64,000 nt of DNA from Felis catus (lineage: Eukaryota), in assembly GCF_018350175.1 (NCBI RefSeq), contig NC_058368.1:72294001-72358000 (forward strand), read 5' to 3'. Positions 13,825 to 27,441 of this stretch are shown one piece after another. Each line of letters opens with the position of its first letter. Within the stretch, counting starts at the first letter, position 1. The position numbers were made by a program, and so were the translations under genes. The notes beneath the pieces were generated by a model. The model saw only the letters and a list, made by a program, of their open reading frames with translations. It did no database searches and was not told the DNA's origin.

Positions 13825-14269
13825 GGGGCGTCTGGGTGGCTCAGTTGGCTAAGTGTCCGACTTCGGCTCAGGTCATGATCTCGCGGTTCGTGAGTTCGTG
13901 CCCCGCGTCGGGCTCTGTGCTGACAGCTCAGAGCCTGGAGTCTGTTTCAGATTCTGCGTCTCCCTCTCTTTCTCTGACCCTCCCCCGTTCATGCTCTGTC
14001 TCTCTCTGTCTCAAAAGTAAATAAACGATGGGGCGCCTGGGTGGCGCAGTCGGTTAAGCGTCCGACTTCAGCCAGGTCACGATCTCGCGGTCCGTGAGTT
14101 CGAGCCCCGCGTCAGGCTCTGGGCTGATGGCTCAGAGCCTGGAGCCTGTTTCCAATTCTGTGTCTCCCTCTCTCTCTGCCCCTCCCCCATTCATGCTTTG
14201 TCTCTCTCTGTCCCAAAAATAAATAAACGTGGAAAAAAAAATTAAAAAAAAAAAAGTAAATAAACGTTA
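13825..14269 (+). mobile_element. Can-SINE (host copy, interrupted in its tail by a younger SINE)
   Basis: Outer TSD AAAGA(T/C)TTGTCAAAAGA at 13808-13824 and 14270-14286. Confidence 0.93.
14030..14251 (+). mobile_element. Young SINEC_Fc nested in the preceding SINE
   Basis: GGGGCGCCTGGGTGGCGCAGTCGGTTAAGCGTCCGAC head; TSD AAAAGTAAATAAACG(A/T)T at 14013-14029 and 14252-14268. Confidence 0.95.
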
Positions 14270-15487
14270 AAAGACTTGTCAAAAGAACAGAAGGAATTCA
14301 GGCACGTGATACTGACAGCACTGGGCAGCTGAAAGAAACTGCATAGATCACCTAATTCCTAACTTAAGGAAGGTTAAGGTGAAGTTCAGAGAGGGAAGCC
14401 CATCGAAATTAATAATTTGCCTCTCTGTGCCTCAGTTTCTTCCTCAGGAGATGGCAGGGAGATGCCTATCTCACAGGGCTGTGGCAAAAATGTAATGACT
14501 TAGTCTGTAAGGTACTTAAAACAGGTACTTGGTAGACAGTAAGTGTTAGCTGTTCTCGATTGCTATTGATAGCCTGATTGTATTGGACAAGATTAGACTG
14601 GAACCCTAGTGTTGTTGTGTGCTGCCTCAGTTTCCATATTTGTAAAACGGGGATAGCGTTCACACCAACTGGTGGGAGTGTCTTATGTTTCAACGAGCTA
14701 ATATTCAACTCCCAGAATAGCACTGGGAATCACTCACCCAATAACTGTTAACTATTACTGATTTATAAGTATTAGAGCAGTTTTCTCCTTTTGTATTCCA
14801 TTTATTTTTTTCTTTCATGTTAACACTGATTCTCATTTCAAGCACAACCCTCACCAGCCCAGATATTATGTTGAAATCTTTTGGCTTCAGAGGCAGCAGA
14901 TTTGAAACACATTATTTTTGCCAACATCAAGCTATTAGCAAATGCTTGTTAGAGACACATTTATTAGATGATTAATTGCCCTGGAACTCATGTATCTAAA
15001 ACCACATGATAATTACTCTTTTTAAAAGTGGAAATAAACATTGGGAGTTTCAGAATGTATAGTTGTTTCATTGTCACCGTTAGCAAGAATCTTCTAAGTT
15101 TTATTTTTATTTGTTAACGTTAATTATTTCCTTGTTCATTTTCCATCAGATATTCACGATACAAAAAGAGGCTTTCTGGAATTAGGGAGGGTAGAATTCT
15201 TGCTACAACCAGCCAAACTCTAAATATAGACAATGAGTCTTCCATTCCTAATAAATATTCACTCATGCTTAAGTGGGTTTCAAGACCTGCATTTCTTATT
15301 CACAGTTGGATTTCTTGAAAAAAAATTATCAATTTCTAAGCCCCTTAATTTAATTTTTTAGCCTATTTTGCATGATCCCGAATCCACTAGACTTGCTCTT
15401 GTTTATTTCCATGTGTCACATCCAGCTGGACCATTTTCAGTTTCTCTCTCCTGTGGCTTCTGATAGCACTGCACATACTTGTTTTGA

Positions 15488-15750
15488 TGGTGGGCAGAAC
15501 AACGTCCCCCTCAAGGTGTGCACATTCTTATGTCCGGAACACGTGAATATGTTGGGTTACATGGCAAATGGAATTAAGGTTACAGATGTGAACAAGGCTA
15601 AAAAGCTTGAATTTGGTTGATTATCCTGGATTATCTGGGTGAGCCTGACCTAATCACATGAGTCCTTAAAAAGAGAAAAACTTTCCCAGTTGTGGTTGTT
15701 TGGGGGGGGGGGGGGAGAGAGATGCAACAGTTGCTGACTTGGACGATGCT
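15488..15750 (+). mobile_element. MaLR LTR 5' fragment (MLT1D/E/F-like) containing a G14 run
   Basis: GTGAATATGTT...TTACATGGCAAA...GATTATCCTGGATTATCTGGGTGAGCC...TAATCACATGAGTCCTTAAAA. Confidence 0.75.
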
Positions 15751-15789
15751 AGTTTTTTTCCCTGTCTCTCAGATCATTCTCCTTCTGGA

Positions 15790-16722
15790 ACTGGCCCTCA
15801 GTTCTGAGTTGCTCTGAGCTCAGTCTTTGGCCTCCTCTCTTTTTTTATGATAGTCTCTCCCTGTGCAGACAAATCCATTCTCATAGTTGCAGTTCTCTCA
15901 TCCTAGGTGTCTTTTAGACTCTCAGAGTTACATGTCCAACTACCTATTAGATGTCTCCACCTGGCTACGCCCCAAGTGCCTCCAACTCTACTCCCCTTAC
16001 TGAGCCCAGACTCCTTTGCCAACATCCCTTCATGACAAGCAGCACCATGAGACCTTCATCCACAGTGCTGAGCAAGCTTGAGAGTGTGCAATCTCCTTGA
16101 TGTCTATTTTTCCTTTAACTCCCATAACTAATCATCATGTGGCCCTAAATATCTGCCAAAATATCTTTTGAGCTCATTCAACTCTCACCATCTTCACCTC
16201 TACCTGCACCACCATCTAGTCCCCGAACTGGTCATCCTGCAGCACTCTTAACCCTTCCAATCCGTTAGCCACAGAACATACAGACAGGCTTTTCATAATC
16301 TTGGTCTTACCTGAAGCCTGTCCATGGCAAATCTCATCTAGAAGATCCAAGGGACCTGGCTTCTCCCCTTTCAAACGGCCCAGTACCCAACATGGTGGTC
16401 TTATCTCAGCTCTTGGTGTGCTCCTTCTACTTTAGGACTTTTTCCTCTGCTTGGAAACCTCCCCTCCCATCTCTGCTTGGTTAACCCATTTTTCACTTTT
16501 TAGGCCCCAGCCTGAATGTCACTTTCTCAGGGGAGCCTCTTCAAGTCCCTCAGGCTGGGTTAGGCTTCTCTGCTATAATTTCTCAAAGTACCCACACTTT
16601 TCATTTCTGGCACTTGGGAAGTGTGTAATTCATGTTTGAGTGGTCAGCTGTTCGTTGGGTGTCTCCCAAACTTGACTGTTCCCCAGTATAACCTCCAAAT
16701 CCACACAGTTCCTGACATGTAG
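15790..16722 (+). mobile_element. L2 LINE 3' region
   Basis: TCCAACTACCTATTAGATGTCTCCACCTGG, AATGTCACTTTCTCAGGG and CACAGTTCCTGACAT are L2 motifs. Confidence 0.7.
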
Positions 16723-17137
16723 TCTGATGGTTAAATTTATGAGTGAATTTGGCTACACTATGGTGCCCAGTTGTTTGGTCAAACACCGTCTAGAGGTTGC
16801 TGTGAAGGTATTTTTTAAGATGCAATTAACATTTAAATCAGTAGACTCTGAGTAGAGCAGATTATCCAATATAATATGGGTGGGCCTCATCTAATCAGTT
16901 AAAGGCCTTAAGGAAAAATACTGAGATCCTCTGAAAAGAATTCAGCCTCCAAACTACTTTTGGACTCAAGACCGCAACAACAGCTCATTCTGAAATTTCC
17001 AGCTTGCTGGCTTGCTCTGAAATGTGGGTCTTGCTAGTCGCCATAATCACATATGCCAATTCTTTAAAATAAATCTCATTGCTTCCTATATAAACATCCT
17101 ATTGGTTCTATTTCTCTGAAGAATCTTAACTAATGCA
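16723..17137 (+). mobile_element. ERVL solo LTR (MLT2B/D-like) inserted in the L2 tail
   Basis: TGATGGTTAAATTTATG start, GTGGGCCTCATCTAATCAGTT core, CCTATTGGTTCTATTTCTCTG...CTAATGCA end. Confidence 0.85.
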
Positions 17138-17599
17138 TAGTAAATGTGTAATAATTATTTTTTTATTAAGTGAGGAAATGTGTCTCTCTACAATTATTTA
17201 AATTTATGACAAATCTACTAATGTGTTTGTTTATTTGTTTGCTTGTAAAGTAACCACAGAAGAAATTCTTCAGCAATTATATCCTGTTGTTTTTATGCAA
17301 TTTGTAAGTGTGATATCCAAAAATTGGCATGGATTTTCCATTTTTTAAAATTCTGGCTTCAGTAGTTTCCATGTTTCAAAATGAATACTAGAATTCCTTG
17401 GAGTAGTTAATTGTTTTTCAAAAGACATTAATTATCTGCCTGGCATATGCTTTTTTAAAAAATTCTTAAGAAAATATCTTATTTACATATAACATTATGT
17501 AGGAGTTTGAAATCTAAGAAAATGTGTTCTGAACTTGTTGCTAAAACTGTTTACAACAGCCTCAAATAATACTTAAGTATTTAAGAGTTTTATGGTCTT

Positions 17600-17816
17600 T
17601 TAAAAAAAATTTTAATGTTTATTTTTGAGAGAGAGAGAGAGGCACAGAGTGTGAGGAGGGGAGGGGCAGAGAGAGAGGGAGACACAGAATCCGAAGCAGG
17701 CTCCAGGCTCTGAGCTGTCAGCACAGAGCCTGATGCGGGGCTCGAACCCACAGACTGTGAGATCATGACCTGAGCCGAAGTTGGACACTCAACTGACTGA
17801 GCCACCCAGGCACCCC
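17600..17816 (-). mobile_element. Can-SINE
   Basis: Perfect TSD AAGAGTTTTATGGTCTT at 17583-17599 and 17817-17833. Confidence 0.95.
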
Positions 17817-19421
17817 AAGAGTTTTATGGTCTTAAGTTAATTATTACTCCTGATGGTACAGAGCACCGATAAGAGCTATACATTGGAACACAAGGATATC
17901 ATTCAGTTTAGTGATTAACCAACTTAATTACCTTGGGCAATTCACTTTGACCATCTGAGCCTCAGTGTCCTCATCTGTAAGATGAGAAACTTTTCAGCTA
18001 TTATTAAAAACAACTATTCCCAGAATGACCTCATCACATTTTCATTTAAAGAAAAAAAAAAAAAGGTAATAACTAGAGCAAATCACATGCCCATTGTGTT
18101 CTGTTCTCCTCTGTCCATAGGACTCAACAATGCCAAATGCAATAGCTCAAGATTTTGTGTTCAAATTCTTCTCATTACTCAGAATGTCATCTTTCTCTAC
18201 CGATATCAAACTGCTGTCACTGCTGGTTGTAATGCATTTAGTGTTGGCATTTTGTGGTTACTCTCACTTATGAACATAACTATTCTTATTATTACTTAGC
18301 CCCTTTTCAGAAATTGTTTTTCCCCTATTCTTAGTGAGGCCACTTTACTGCATTTGTCTATTCACTCATTCAAAATGATTATATTTGAATGGCCCATTCT
18401 GTGCCACACAACATGCTAGGAACAGAGATGACCAAGAAGGTATTTCCAAATCAGAGGCTTTACTTACTACCTAGCAAAGTCATGACCACAGTAGAGCATG
18501 GCGAATGCTTTGAGAGCCAGCTATATGTTGCTAGCATTACAGGCTCACAAAGCAGAAACATCACATCTGACTGCAGGTGGTAGATGGTGAGCATTGGGAA
18601 GACCTTCCAATGGGGTTATTGCTTGGAGTGACTACTTAAGGATCAACAAATGCTAGGTCTAAGGCAGATCTAGGGCATCCTGGAAAGAGGAAATGCCAGA
18701 GCCTGTGTGTGCACAGGAGAGAGAGAACAAGAAAGGTCAGGGAGAGAAAGAGCACAACGTTTTTACCCTTTCATTGCTGGTGTGGCTATTCTCGGCTTTT
18801 TCTCAGGGATTATAAACAAGCACTTGTTACCATAGCAACCAATTTTTAAACTACATTCTCAGAGATTTTGCATATTGGGCAAAAAAGACAAAAATCTGTG
18901 CTTCCCCCAAACTGACACAGTGTGTCTGATACACTTTGAGCTTACTTACACCCTGTCCCTCATTTGTGAGAATGGCCAAAAGGTCAAAGACACTAATTGA
19001 CAGAAGAAGTTATTACTTATTTGCAAGATTTTCATGAACTATACCTACAACGGGAATTTATACATAGCTATTTTGTTTGTATTTTTCTTACATTTTTTCC
19101 CCTGAAGAACTGCACATAAGCAGAAAAACACTGAGTTCTTGTAGCCAAATTTGGTCCATTTGCTGTAAAAAAAAAACATTCACAGAGGCTTGGCTACAAC
19201 GAACGTGTTTCTGAGGTTTGCATTCCACGATGAAATTGTCAGTGATGCAAAAAAGGAAGTACATGGCACAACAAATCCATATGCAACAGACAACACTATA
19301 TACTTGAAAAGCATTTTGTTATTTATTGCATCCATAGGTTTCTCTTCTATTTATATTGTATGTTCTAGAGAGAAGTCAAAAATAAATAGGAGAATACATT
19401 TCTGGTTAAACCCATGGAGTG

Positions 19422-19422
<1 letters not shown>

Positions 19423-19471
<49 letters not shown>
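19423..19471. repeat. (AC)24 microsatellite
   Basis: Direct reading. Confidence 0.97.
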
Positions 19472-19473
<2 letters not shown>

Positions 19474-20447
19474 CTTTGCACCTGGAAGGACAGTGAATGT
19501 GCCCTTTGATACATTAGGGCATTGCTTGCCTCACTTTTAATGGCAGGCAGACAACAAGGGTTTTTTTCTTGCTCAAAACTTAGACCTGCATTTACAGGTT
19601 GTCCCTTTCCTTTGCTGACAATGGACTCGCTCTGGCTGCTACCCGCATTTTGGGTTCATTCCAGAGAATCATCTGGCTTCGTTTTCAATCCTATTTGGCC
19701 TCCTCTTCCAGGGTTAATTAAAAACTCTTATGAATTGGCCTGGCTACTTCCAATGCTGGATGTTTTGGAACATTTACCCCACCCTGGAATTTGCAGAGAA
19801 GAGACTATTTATTGATTTTAAAAACTTTTAATTGCCCTACCTGGACTTTTAGAGGGACTACAAAATAAGACAAATAGTCTGAGGTAGGAAATAATATTGA
19901 CATCACCCACATTTTATAAACAAGCAAAACTGGCACATTTTGTAAGTAATTAGGGAATAAATTTCCCCTTACTGTTTGGCTGAGAGTATTTTAATGATTT
20001 TCCATTCCTTAATCCATTCCTGAATGGGTAGATAGACAAAGCCACAAAGTGCTAAATTCATCATGCATCAAAATGGCAAAATTAAATACTTTTTTCAAAT
20101 AGTGAATGTAATTTAAATGACAAAACATTATTTTCTTTTGAAACAAGTATTTTAAATCATCATTGTACCTTGTTATATCTGAATGGTTCTTTTAATTATA
20201 TATTTTCCCCAACTGTACTCCCTTAATTCTATCACTCACTACTTTGCTGATATGGATAAGTGACAACAAAGGTGACAGGGACCAGGAAATGGGCATCTGA
20301 ACAAGGATTAGACAATGAGAGGTATTTGAATGTATTCAAAGAGTATCAGTAAAGTATCAGGACACAGAGTTTGCATTGATCAGCTCCAAACTGGAAATGT
20401 GAAAACTGATTTGAGGTCATACGACAAAGTACACTACCCTTGACACC

Positions 20448-20653
20448 TTTTTTTTTTTTTTTTGAGAGAGAGAGAGAGAGAGAGAGAATATGCAGGAGGG
20501 GCAAGGAGAGGGAGAGAGAGAATCCCAAACAAGCTCCGCACTATCAACACAAGAGTCCAATGTGGGGCTCAAACTCACGACAAACCGTGAGTTCATGACC
20601 TGAGCTGAAACCAAGAGTGGGATGCTTAACTGACTGAAGCATCCATGTGCCCC
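20448..20653 (-). mobile_element. Can-SINE
   Basis: Poly-T, (GA)n and SINE body; TSD TACCCTTGACA on both sides. Confidence 0.92.
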
Positions 20654-21248
20654 TACCCTTGACAATTTGAATCTGGACCAAGGGCTCCTCAAGCAGTAAC
20701 TCTTCTTCCTTTGCTTAAGAAGCTACAAAATCCCAGGGTGAGGAGTCAGCTGGCAAGGCGGAAAATGGCCACCAGAATTTGGGACAAAGATTATAGGTCT
20801 TCAATCGGTGATTCTATCAATTAATTAATGTGTGGCAAGGAGCTACTTCCTCTTCTCTCTCATTAGGATCCTAATGCCCAACATATGAGATCACCTTATG
20901 AATTAGCAATTAGGAATACAAAGTGCCTCATACCTATTAGAAGCTCCAAATATATTTATGTTTACTGGCTGTGGTTTGGCTGAAGTGTACAGCTGGGGAA
21001 CAGCCATATTCCCCACTCTGACAGGGTGCTATTGTTTGTGGTTAAATGATGTGAGAGTTCCACAGTGCTAAGAATGTGTAACTACCAACCACAAAGTATA
21101 CCAGCCCCACTCAACTGCTAGATCTAAGACAGGTGAGTCACTAAATAAACAAAATTTATTTTATTTCTAGAGTTCCCAGAACACATGGGCAACCTGCTTC
21201 TTTGGAAGAATGACAAGAAGCTCTCATCACCTCTGGTGCTTCTTAAAT

Positions 21249-21477
21249 ATTTTTTTTAACTTAAAAAATAAAGAAAAAAATTATTTATTTTTTAGAGAGA
21301 CAGAGACCGCGTGAACAGGGGAGGGGTAGAGAGAGAGGGAGACAGAGACAATCCCAAGCAGACTCCTAACTGTCAGTGCAGAGTCCGACGCGGGGCTCAA
21401 ACTGACGAAACTGCAAGATCATGGCTTGAGCCAAAGTGAAGGTCTTGTGCTTAACTGACTGAGCCACCCAGGCGCTG
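21249..21477 (-). mobile_element. Can-SINE
   Basis: Body ending CTTAACTGACTGAGCCACCCAGGCGC. Confidence 0.92.
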
Positions 21478-22214
21478 CTGACATTTCTAAGGACACAGTC
21501 TGAAGGGTCCAGGAAACTCAAGTTCCCCACAGGTGGAAGCATAGTAGCTAAAAGCTTAGCATTTCTTTGAAGATTCCAGATTTATCTTTGAAGAAGCCAT
21601 GTAAAATTTGCCTTCTACTCTTAACACATCTTCGGGAGTTTTAATTGTAGAACCAAGGGCTTAAATCACTGATTTCTAACCCAACCAATTCTGAGAGTCT
21701 TACCCCTGCCAATAGATAGGAATCCATGGATATGGCTCAGAGTTTGTATTTTTACAAAGTTGGCCAGGTGATTTTCTCTATCAAAGAGATCCCACCTAGA
21801 GATGAATTCCCAACAGGTCCTCCTGGTGCTGCTATGGTCACTGCACATGAGGGTGCTTTCTATCGGGAGGAATGCAAGCTGGTCCGATTGAACCTGAGAT
21901 ACCAAAATGATGCTCGGTAATGATTTCTACACAGACAACTACAGTGAACGCGATTTGTGAGGGGCTGAACTGTCAAGGCCCTTCATTTCCCATTCACACA
22001 GTAGGTTCAGGAGTGCATCATGACAATATTTTGAGTCCTAATACAGGCGATCTCAACCAGGTACTCATCTGCCCATTCAGTTTGTCTCCTAAGCATGTGC
22101 TCCTTGCAACCGAAGGGAAACTAAACATTTTATTCAAACATGGACACACGCACATGTTGAAGATCATCTCACTTACGGACCATGGTACAACATGAATCTT
22201 TAAAAGCCTAGAAA

Positions 22215-22420
22215 TCAGTGTTGGGGAGAACTGGGTTTCAACTCTGCTTCTGCCAGTTACACACTGTTCCATCTTGGATATCTTATTTAACCTCACTAAG
22301 GTTCAATCTCCTTGGCTGTAATACAGAGTATAAAAATAGAACATGACGCACGTAGAAAGCTGTTACGGGTATTGAATGAGAAGATAACAGCTATCAATTG
22401 TTCAATAAATATTTACCACT
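22215..22420 (+). mobile_element. MIR
   Basis: CTGGGTTTCAACTCTGCTTCTGCCA...TTATTTAACCTC core. Confidence 0.6.
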
Positions 22421-22999
22421 AATAGCAAGAGTTTTATAACCTATGTTATGACATTCTCTTCTTTCTGGGAAGTAAGATCAAAAGAAGTGCTATATTATAA
22501 TTGATCAAAAAAAATCACTTGATTACTTTTAGACCCTTTTTCAAAGTGTAGGGTTTTCTTTTCTTATATTGAAGACTCACGAATGTTTTTGCTGTTCTGG
22601 TGAAAATCACTTTGGTATTAATTTTCATATGGGAATTCAAGTTATTCTGAAACATTTACTCACATTTAATTTTTTAAAATTAGTAACAGATAAAAGGTGG
22701 ATTTAACTGGTGGTTCGAATGGGCCACATCTTTGAGATGGATATGCACAATTTTAGAAGGGATCGATGGACTCAATCAAATATATTGTGTGTCGCTATTT
22801 TATGGGCTTGGATGAACCAGAACCCCCAGAATACACCATCTCCATGGTGGCAGAAAGAAACCAGAGGTCATGTAGACTTTAATTTTTTCTATGCCACATA
22901 AAGAGTGTATCATACCGATGTGCGTCTGTATGTGTCTACAGGTTTACAAATATGGGATCCTAACAAGGTAGAAGTTGATCAAATGGGAGAGTAAGCAAG

Positions 23000-23190
23000 G
23001 GCTTGGAAGTCAGATTTGAGTTCAAATCCTGACGCTCTCACTTACCAGACCAACATATTATTTATGTTGGGACTGTGTCTTCATCTGCAAAGTGGGGAAA
23101 ATAATTCCTTTCAGGTTGTTCTAAAAATTAGTTATAGAAGCACAATACATGAGGTAGAACAGGTGCTCCATAAATGTGGCTGTTAATTTA
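23000..23190 (+). mobile_element. MIR
   Basis: GAGTTCAAATCCTG...CTTAC...CATCTGCAAAGTGGGGA core. Confidence 0.7.
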
Positions 23191-23725
23191 GTTAGAAATT
23201 TACACGCACTCATCAGAGTATTTTCATTTCTTCTTTAAATATTTTAAAGAAAAATCTCTCCAATATGCATTTATCCAAACTTGTTCTTATATCGCCCACC
23301 CAGCAGACGTCTCTGCGTGAGTCCTGCAAGTTAAACTGAACAGTGTGTCTTCATCCTTCAAAAGAAGTTTAAATATAAATCAAGAAGACTTCAAAGACCT
23401 TTGCATGAATTTGAGGCATTACGATTTTACATATTCTACAAAATTCCCTCTTGATAAAGTCCATAGAAATTAAAAATTAACATTTTAAGTTCCACCACGT
23501 TTCTATCTTTAATTCTTCTGACTTTTCCATTAAAAAAACTCATTATTTTGTGAACAGAATTTATAAGATAATAACTCATTTATTTTCCCAAGTACCCTAA
23601 AGGGTAAACTTAAATATTATTTGGGGCCAGTAATAAAAAACCCAAATCCAACTTTACCTTATCTCTAGGCTAAGTGTCAGTGATATTTTATAAAATACCA
23701 CCAAGTCCTACAAGCTACCCTGGGG

Positions 23726-23840
23726 TGGGGTGACCATCCTGAGATTTCCCTGAGATGGAAAAGAAAGCTATTAGTAATTACTCTGCCACAGCAAGGATAC
23801 TCTAGGAATGTCCTGGGCATCTGTGATGTGCGGTTCCCTA
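23726..23840. mobile_element. MER81-like hAT-Blackjack MITE
   Basis: GGGTGACCAT...GCTATTAGTAATTAC...TGTCCTGGGCA...GGTTCCCTA, about 115 bp with degenerate TIRs. Confidence 0.65.
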
Positions 23841-26647
23841 CCTCTGGGTCTCAAAACTAATGGCTCAGCCATTATAAGTATTTACTTGAGTCCCTGGTGG
23901 AATCAACTTTTATATACTTAATATTCACATTTGCTTTCTTTAGGGTTTTTCTAATTATCTCACTCTTGGGAAGAAGATTTCATTATTTGATACTCAGCTA
24001 GAAATAAATTTCTCTCCTTTCTCAGGAATGGTAATAAGGTGGCAGATAAGTCTTCATCTTTTCTATTTCGCCTACCAGCTCATTTTTACGTGATCATCTT
24101 GTAGCTTCAGGGAGATTTCTGCCAACACATTTGGCATTTTGTAACACCTGTTTCTGCCACAGGCCATCGCTTTTCTCAAATTTCTGTAGGATAGGAACTG
24201 CTTTGCTGAGTCAAATCCCATTACCTGTGCCATAACTGCCTTGGGTCGCCCTTCACTATCAGAGGAGAATAAAGCTTTACTAGTAATGCTACTGAGGACC
24301 AAGCTAAGATTCCCTTCTCTCTGCTTTAAAAGAAATCAGCTTCATCTAAAAGCAAAACTGGGTGTATTGAGTTGCTTCCTTATTTATCCTGTTTGCCTCA
24401 CAGGCTACACATAATCAATTCCAGAGGTCAGCCTGGAAACGCAGGATATACAGGTTTCTGAACAGACACAGCTCTGCCTGAAGACTCTCCCATTATTAGG
24501 CTGTTGTGCATGCAAAACAATTAAGCAGAAATCGGAAGGATTGTTAAAGGACAATAAAGAAGAGAAATGAGGTCATGCCAGTGACTGGCAACACTGATCG
24601 CTAGAAACACAACCATCAGGATATAGCTTAATATCTGGCTCAGAGATGTTGATGAGAAATTCCTAGTTCAGAAGAAAAGGAAACAAAAAGGTTGGAATTT
24701 TTTTAATTGGGATTTTTTATGTGTTTTATTTTGACTTTGGACAGTTTTTTGAGTCTCCAAAAATAAATTAATGTCTGGCTGGAACTAATGGTAAAATGGC
24801 ATCAATAATTTTTCTGCTTATGAGTGAGACTAAAACTCAGTTAAAACTGAACTGAAAATTAAAACAAAAAATGGCATAAATGATCGGTCCTTCAAATGAA
24901 TCATCAAACTTACGAAAGAAAGCTGTTATTGTAGCAACATTACTATCCTGCGGGCAGTTACATATTTTCTTCTCAGAGAGTAAACTGTCACATAAAAGGA
25001 AGGCAAGATATATGTGTATGGACATAACGCTAATGGGCAGATTTTATAAATACTTGGAAGAGAGAAAATGCAGACATTCTTCCATAACTGCTGTGTCTAG
25101 AGTAACCAAAAATTCTGCCAAAATGTATGAAATTCTTCATAGAGAATTCCATTTTTAGGATTAAGTAATGAGCTGGAGCTAATATTAAGAATACAAGAGG
25201 TCCTTTAATGGCTTTTTTTGTTTGCTGTTTTGTTTTTTGTTTTGTTTTGTTTTGTTTCTTTGCCATTCATGTCCTAGTACTGCATATGGTAAGGAGATGG
25301 TGAAGAGCACTTTCTGCAGTGATGCAAGGGCCCTGAGGTCAGAGGTGCTCCTATCCCTCTTCACCATTTGTATTGTACTTTATGTGTCAAAATTAGGTTT
25401 GCCAGCAGGATGTCTGATCTTCCAAGTAGTTTTACAATTCTAACATGCTTTAGAAGTCTCGCATTCTGACTTGATTTTTAATAAAATGGAAACTTTAAAT
25501 CAGCTTCCTGTGCTCACTGCTATTAGAACACAGAGGCTTTCTTATCCGGAAGCTTTCTCTGTTCAACTCTATTCTATTGTTTCCCACCCACACAATATCT
25601 TTTTCCCACCTCCATATTCATTCATGGAACAATCTAGACATATTTTACAGCCTACATACACTTAAAAAAAACTACTTACAGGTTTTCTTCCACACATTTG
25701 TCTCTTCCCTCACCCACACAGACAGCCCCCTTACTCACCTCTTCCTTCAACTTCCTCACCATATTTGTGCTAGTTCACTGACTGTCTCCATTTTCAACAG
25801 TGCTTTTCTACTTTTTAACTATTTCTCCTTTGTCCTATTTAGAAACTTGCTTTTATTCCTCTGTTTTAAATTTCCTCCTCTATATCAACTTGTCACAATG
25901 TTATTATTATCTGTGTAAATATAATGTATTGTGCACCATGCCTTCAATAGACAGTTACTAAGTACTTACTCTGCGCTAGACTACTAAGTACCAGACATAA
26001 GATGAATGTTCTCCACCCTTCTCCCTTTGTGTCCTCAAGGACTTCACAAGGTAATGAGAAAAATTGGGGGAAAAATAGCTATGAGTGCCAGAGGGTAGTT
26101 CTGGCAAACTGAGCTGTATTAAATTCAACTCTTTCCATTACAAACAAGTAGACCTGTTGGATAAATGGTAACATTTAAAGATGCCTATCTGGGCTTTCAA
26201 GAAAGAAAAATACATTCCAAAAGGTCAAAAGGTAAGAGGGAACTAAAAACTAGAGAGAGGGAAATACATGCATTGAAAAATGGTATGAATGGGGCGTTAA
26301 GTGTCCAGGAGCCAAGAGCTTGGATTTTAATGCCCACAAGATGCAGATAATAGGGTTCTGAGTTTGTGTAAGGCTGGAAGCTGGAAATAGACCCCATGTA
26401 TGTAACCATGTTAGAATTTAAACAAATTCTAGAGTGTAATATGGGTGAAGGGGTAGTTAAACAGGGGTAGTCAATCAAGCACAACAGAGTCCATAGGTAC
26501 AAACCCAGTATAAACAGGGAATTAGTAAATGAGAAAAGACGTTAAATTCAGTGGGTAACAGCACAAAATAAAGAGTGCTGAATCAACTGTCTAACTGTAT
26601 GAAGAAATTTAGATTTCTGCTTTACACTAAAACATTTCTATACCATT

Positions 26648-27441
26648 TTAGTAAAATATACCTGACATAGAATAAACTGCACATATTAAAATATACAGAC
26701 GGGGAGGCTCGGTTGGTTGGGCATCCAATTCTTAATTTCGACTCAGGTCATGATCTCATGGTTGTAAGATCGAGCCCCACATGGGCTCCATGATGGGCAC
26801 GGAGCCTGCTTAAGATTCTCTCTCTCCCTCTCTCTGCCCTTGCCTCAGTCTTTCTCTCTCTCAATAAATATTTTTAAAACATGTACAGCTTTGATAAATT
26901 TTAAGTGCACAGAACCACGATCAAGATAATGAACATGTCAATCAACCTCAAAGGTTTCCTAATGCCCCTTGGTAACCCCTACTTTTATCCCCATCCTTAC
27001 TCCCAGGCTGTCACCGATTTCCTTTTTGTCATTACAGACAAGCTTGCATTTTTTAGAATTTTGAATTCATGGAATCACAGAATATGTAATTTTTTTCATC
27101 TGGCTTCATTCGCTCAGCATAATTATTTTGAGATTCATCCAAGATGTTGTATATATCAATTCCTCATACTTTTTTTTTATTGCTAAATAGTATTCATCAT
27201 ATGGATATAACAAAAATTTGTTTATTCATCAACCTGTTGGTATAAATTTGGGTTCTTAGAAGTTTGGGCTATTATAAATACAGTCACTAGGTAGAAGTCT
27301 TTTTTTATGGATATATGTTTTCATTGCCCCTGGTAAGATACCTAGAATGGAATAAACGGAATACATGGTAGGTGTCTGTTTAACTTTCTAAGAAACTGCC
27401 CAACTGTTTTTCCAAGTAGTTACACCACTTCTCATTTCCAT
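26648..27441 (-). mobile_element. Old L1 3' end (L1MB/MC-like), interrupted by a SINE
   Basis: CTCAGCATAATTATTTTGAGATTCATCCA and AGAAACTGCCCAACTGTTTTTCCAAGT motifs. Confidence 0.85.
26701..26880 (+). mobile_element. Older Can-SINE inserted in the L1
   Basis: CTCAGGTCATGATCTC...GAGCCTGCTTAAGATTCTCTCTC; degenerate TSD around AAAA..TACAG. Confidence 0.88.

Noticed and set aside
13825..13900. tRNA-like A/B box sequences
   Set aside because: These are the tRNA-derived heads of Can-SINEs, not tRNA genes.
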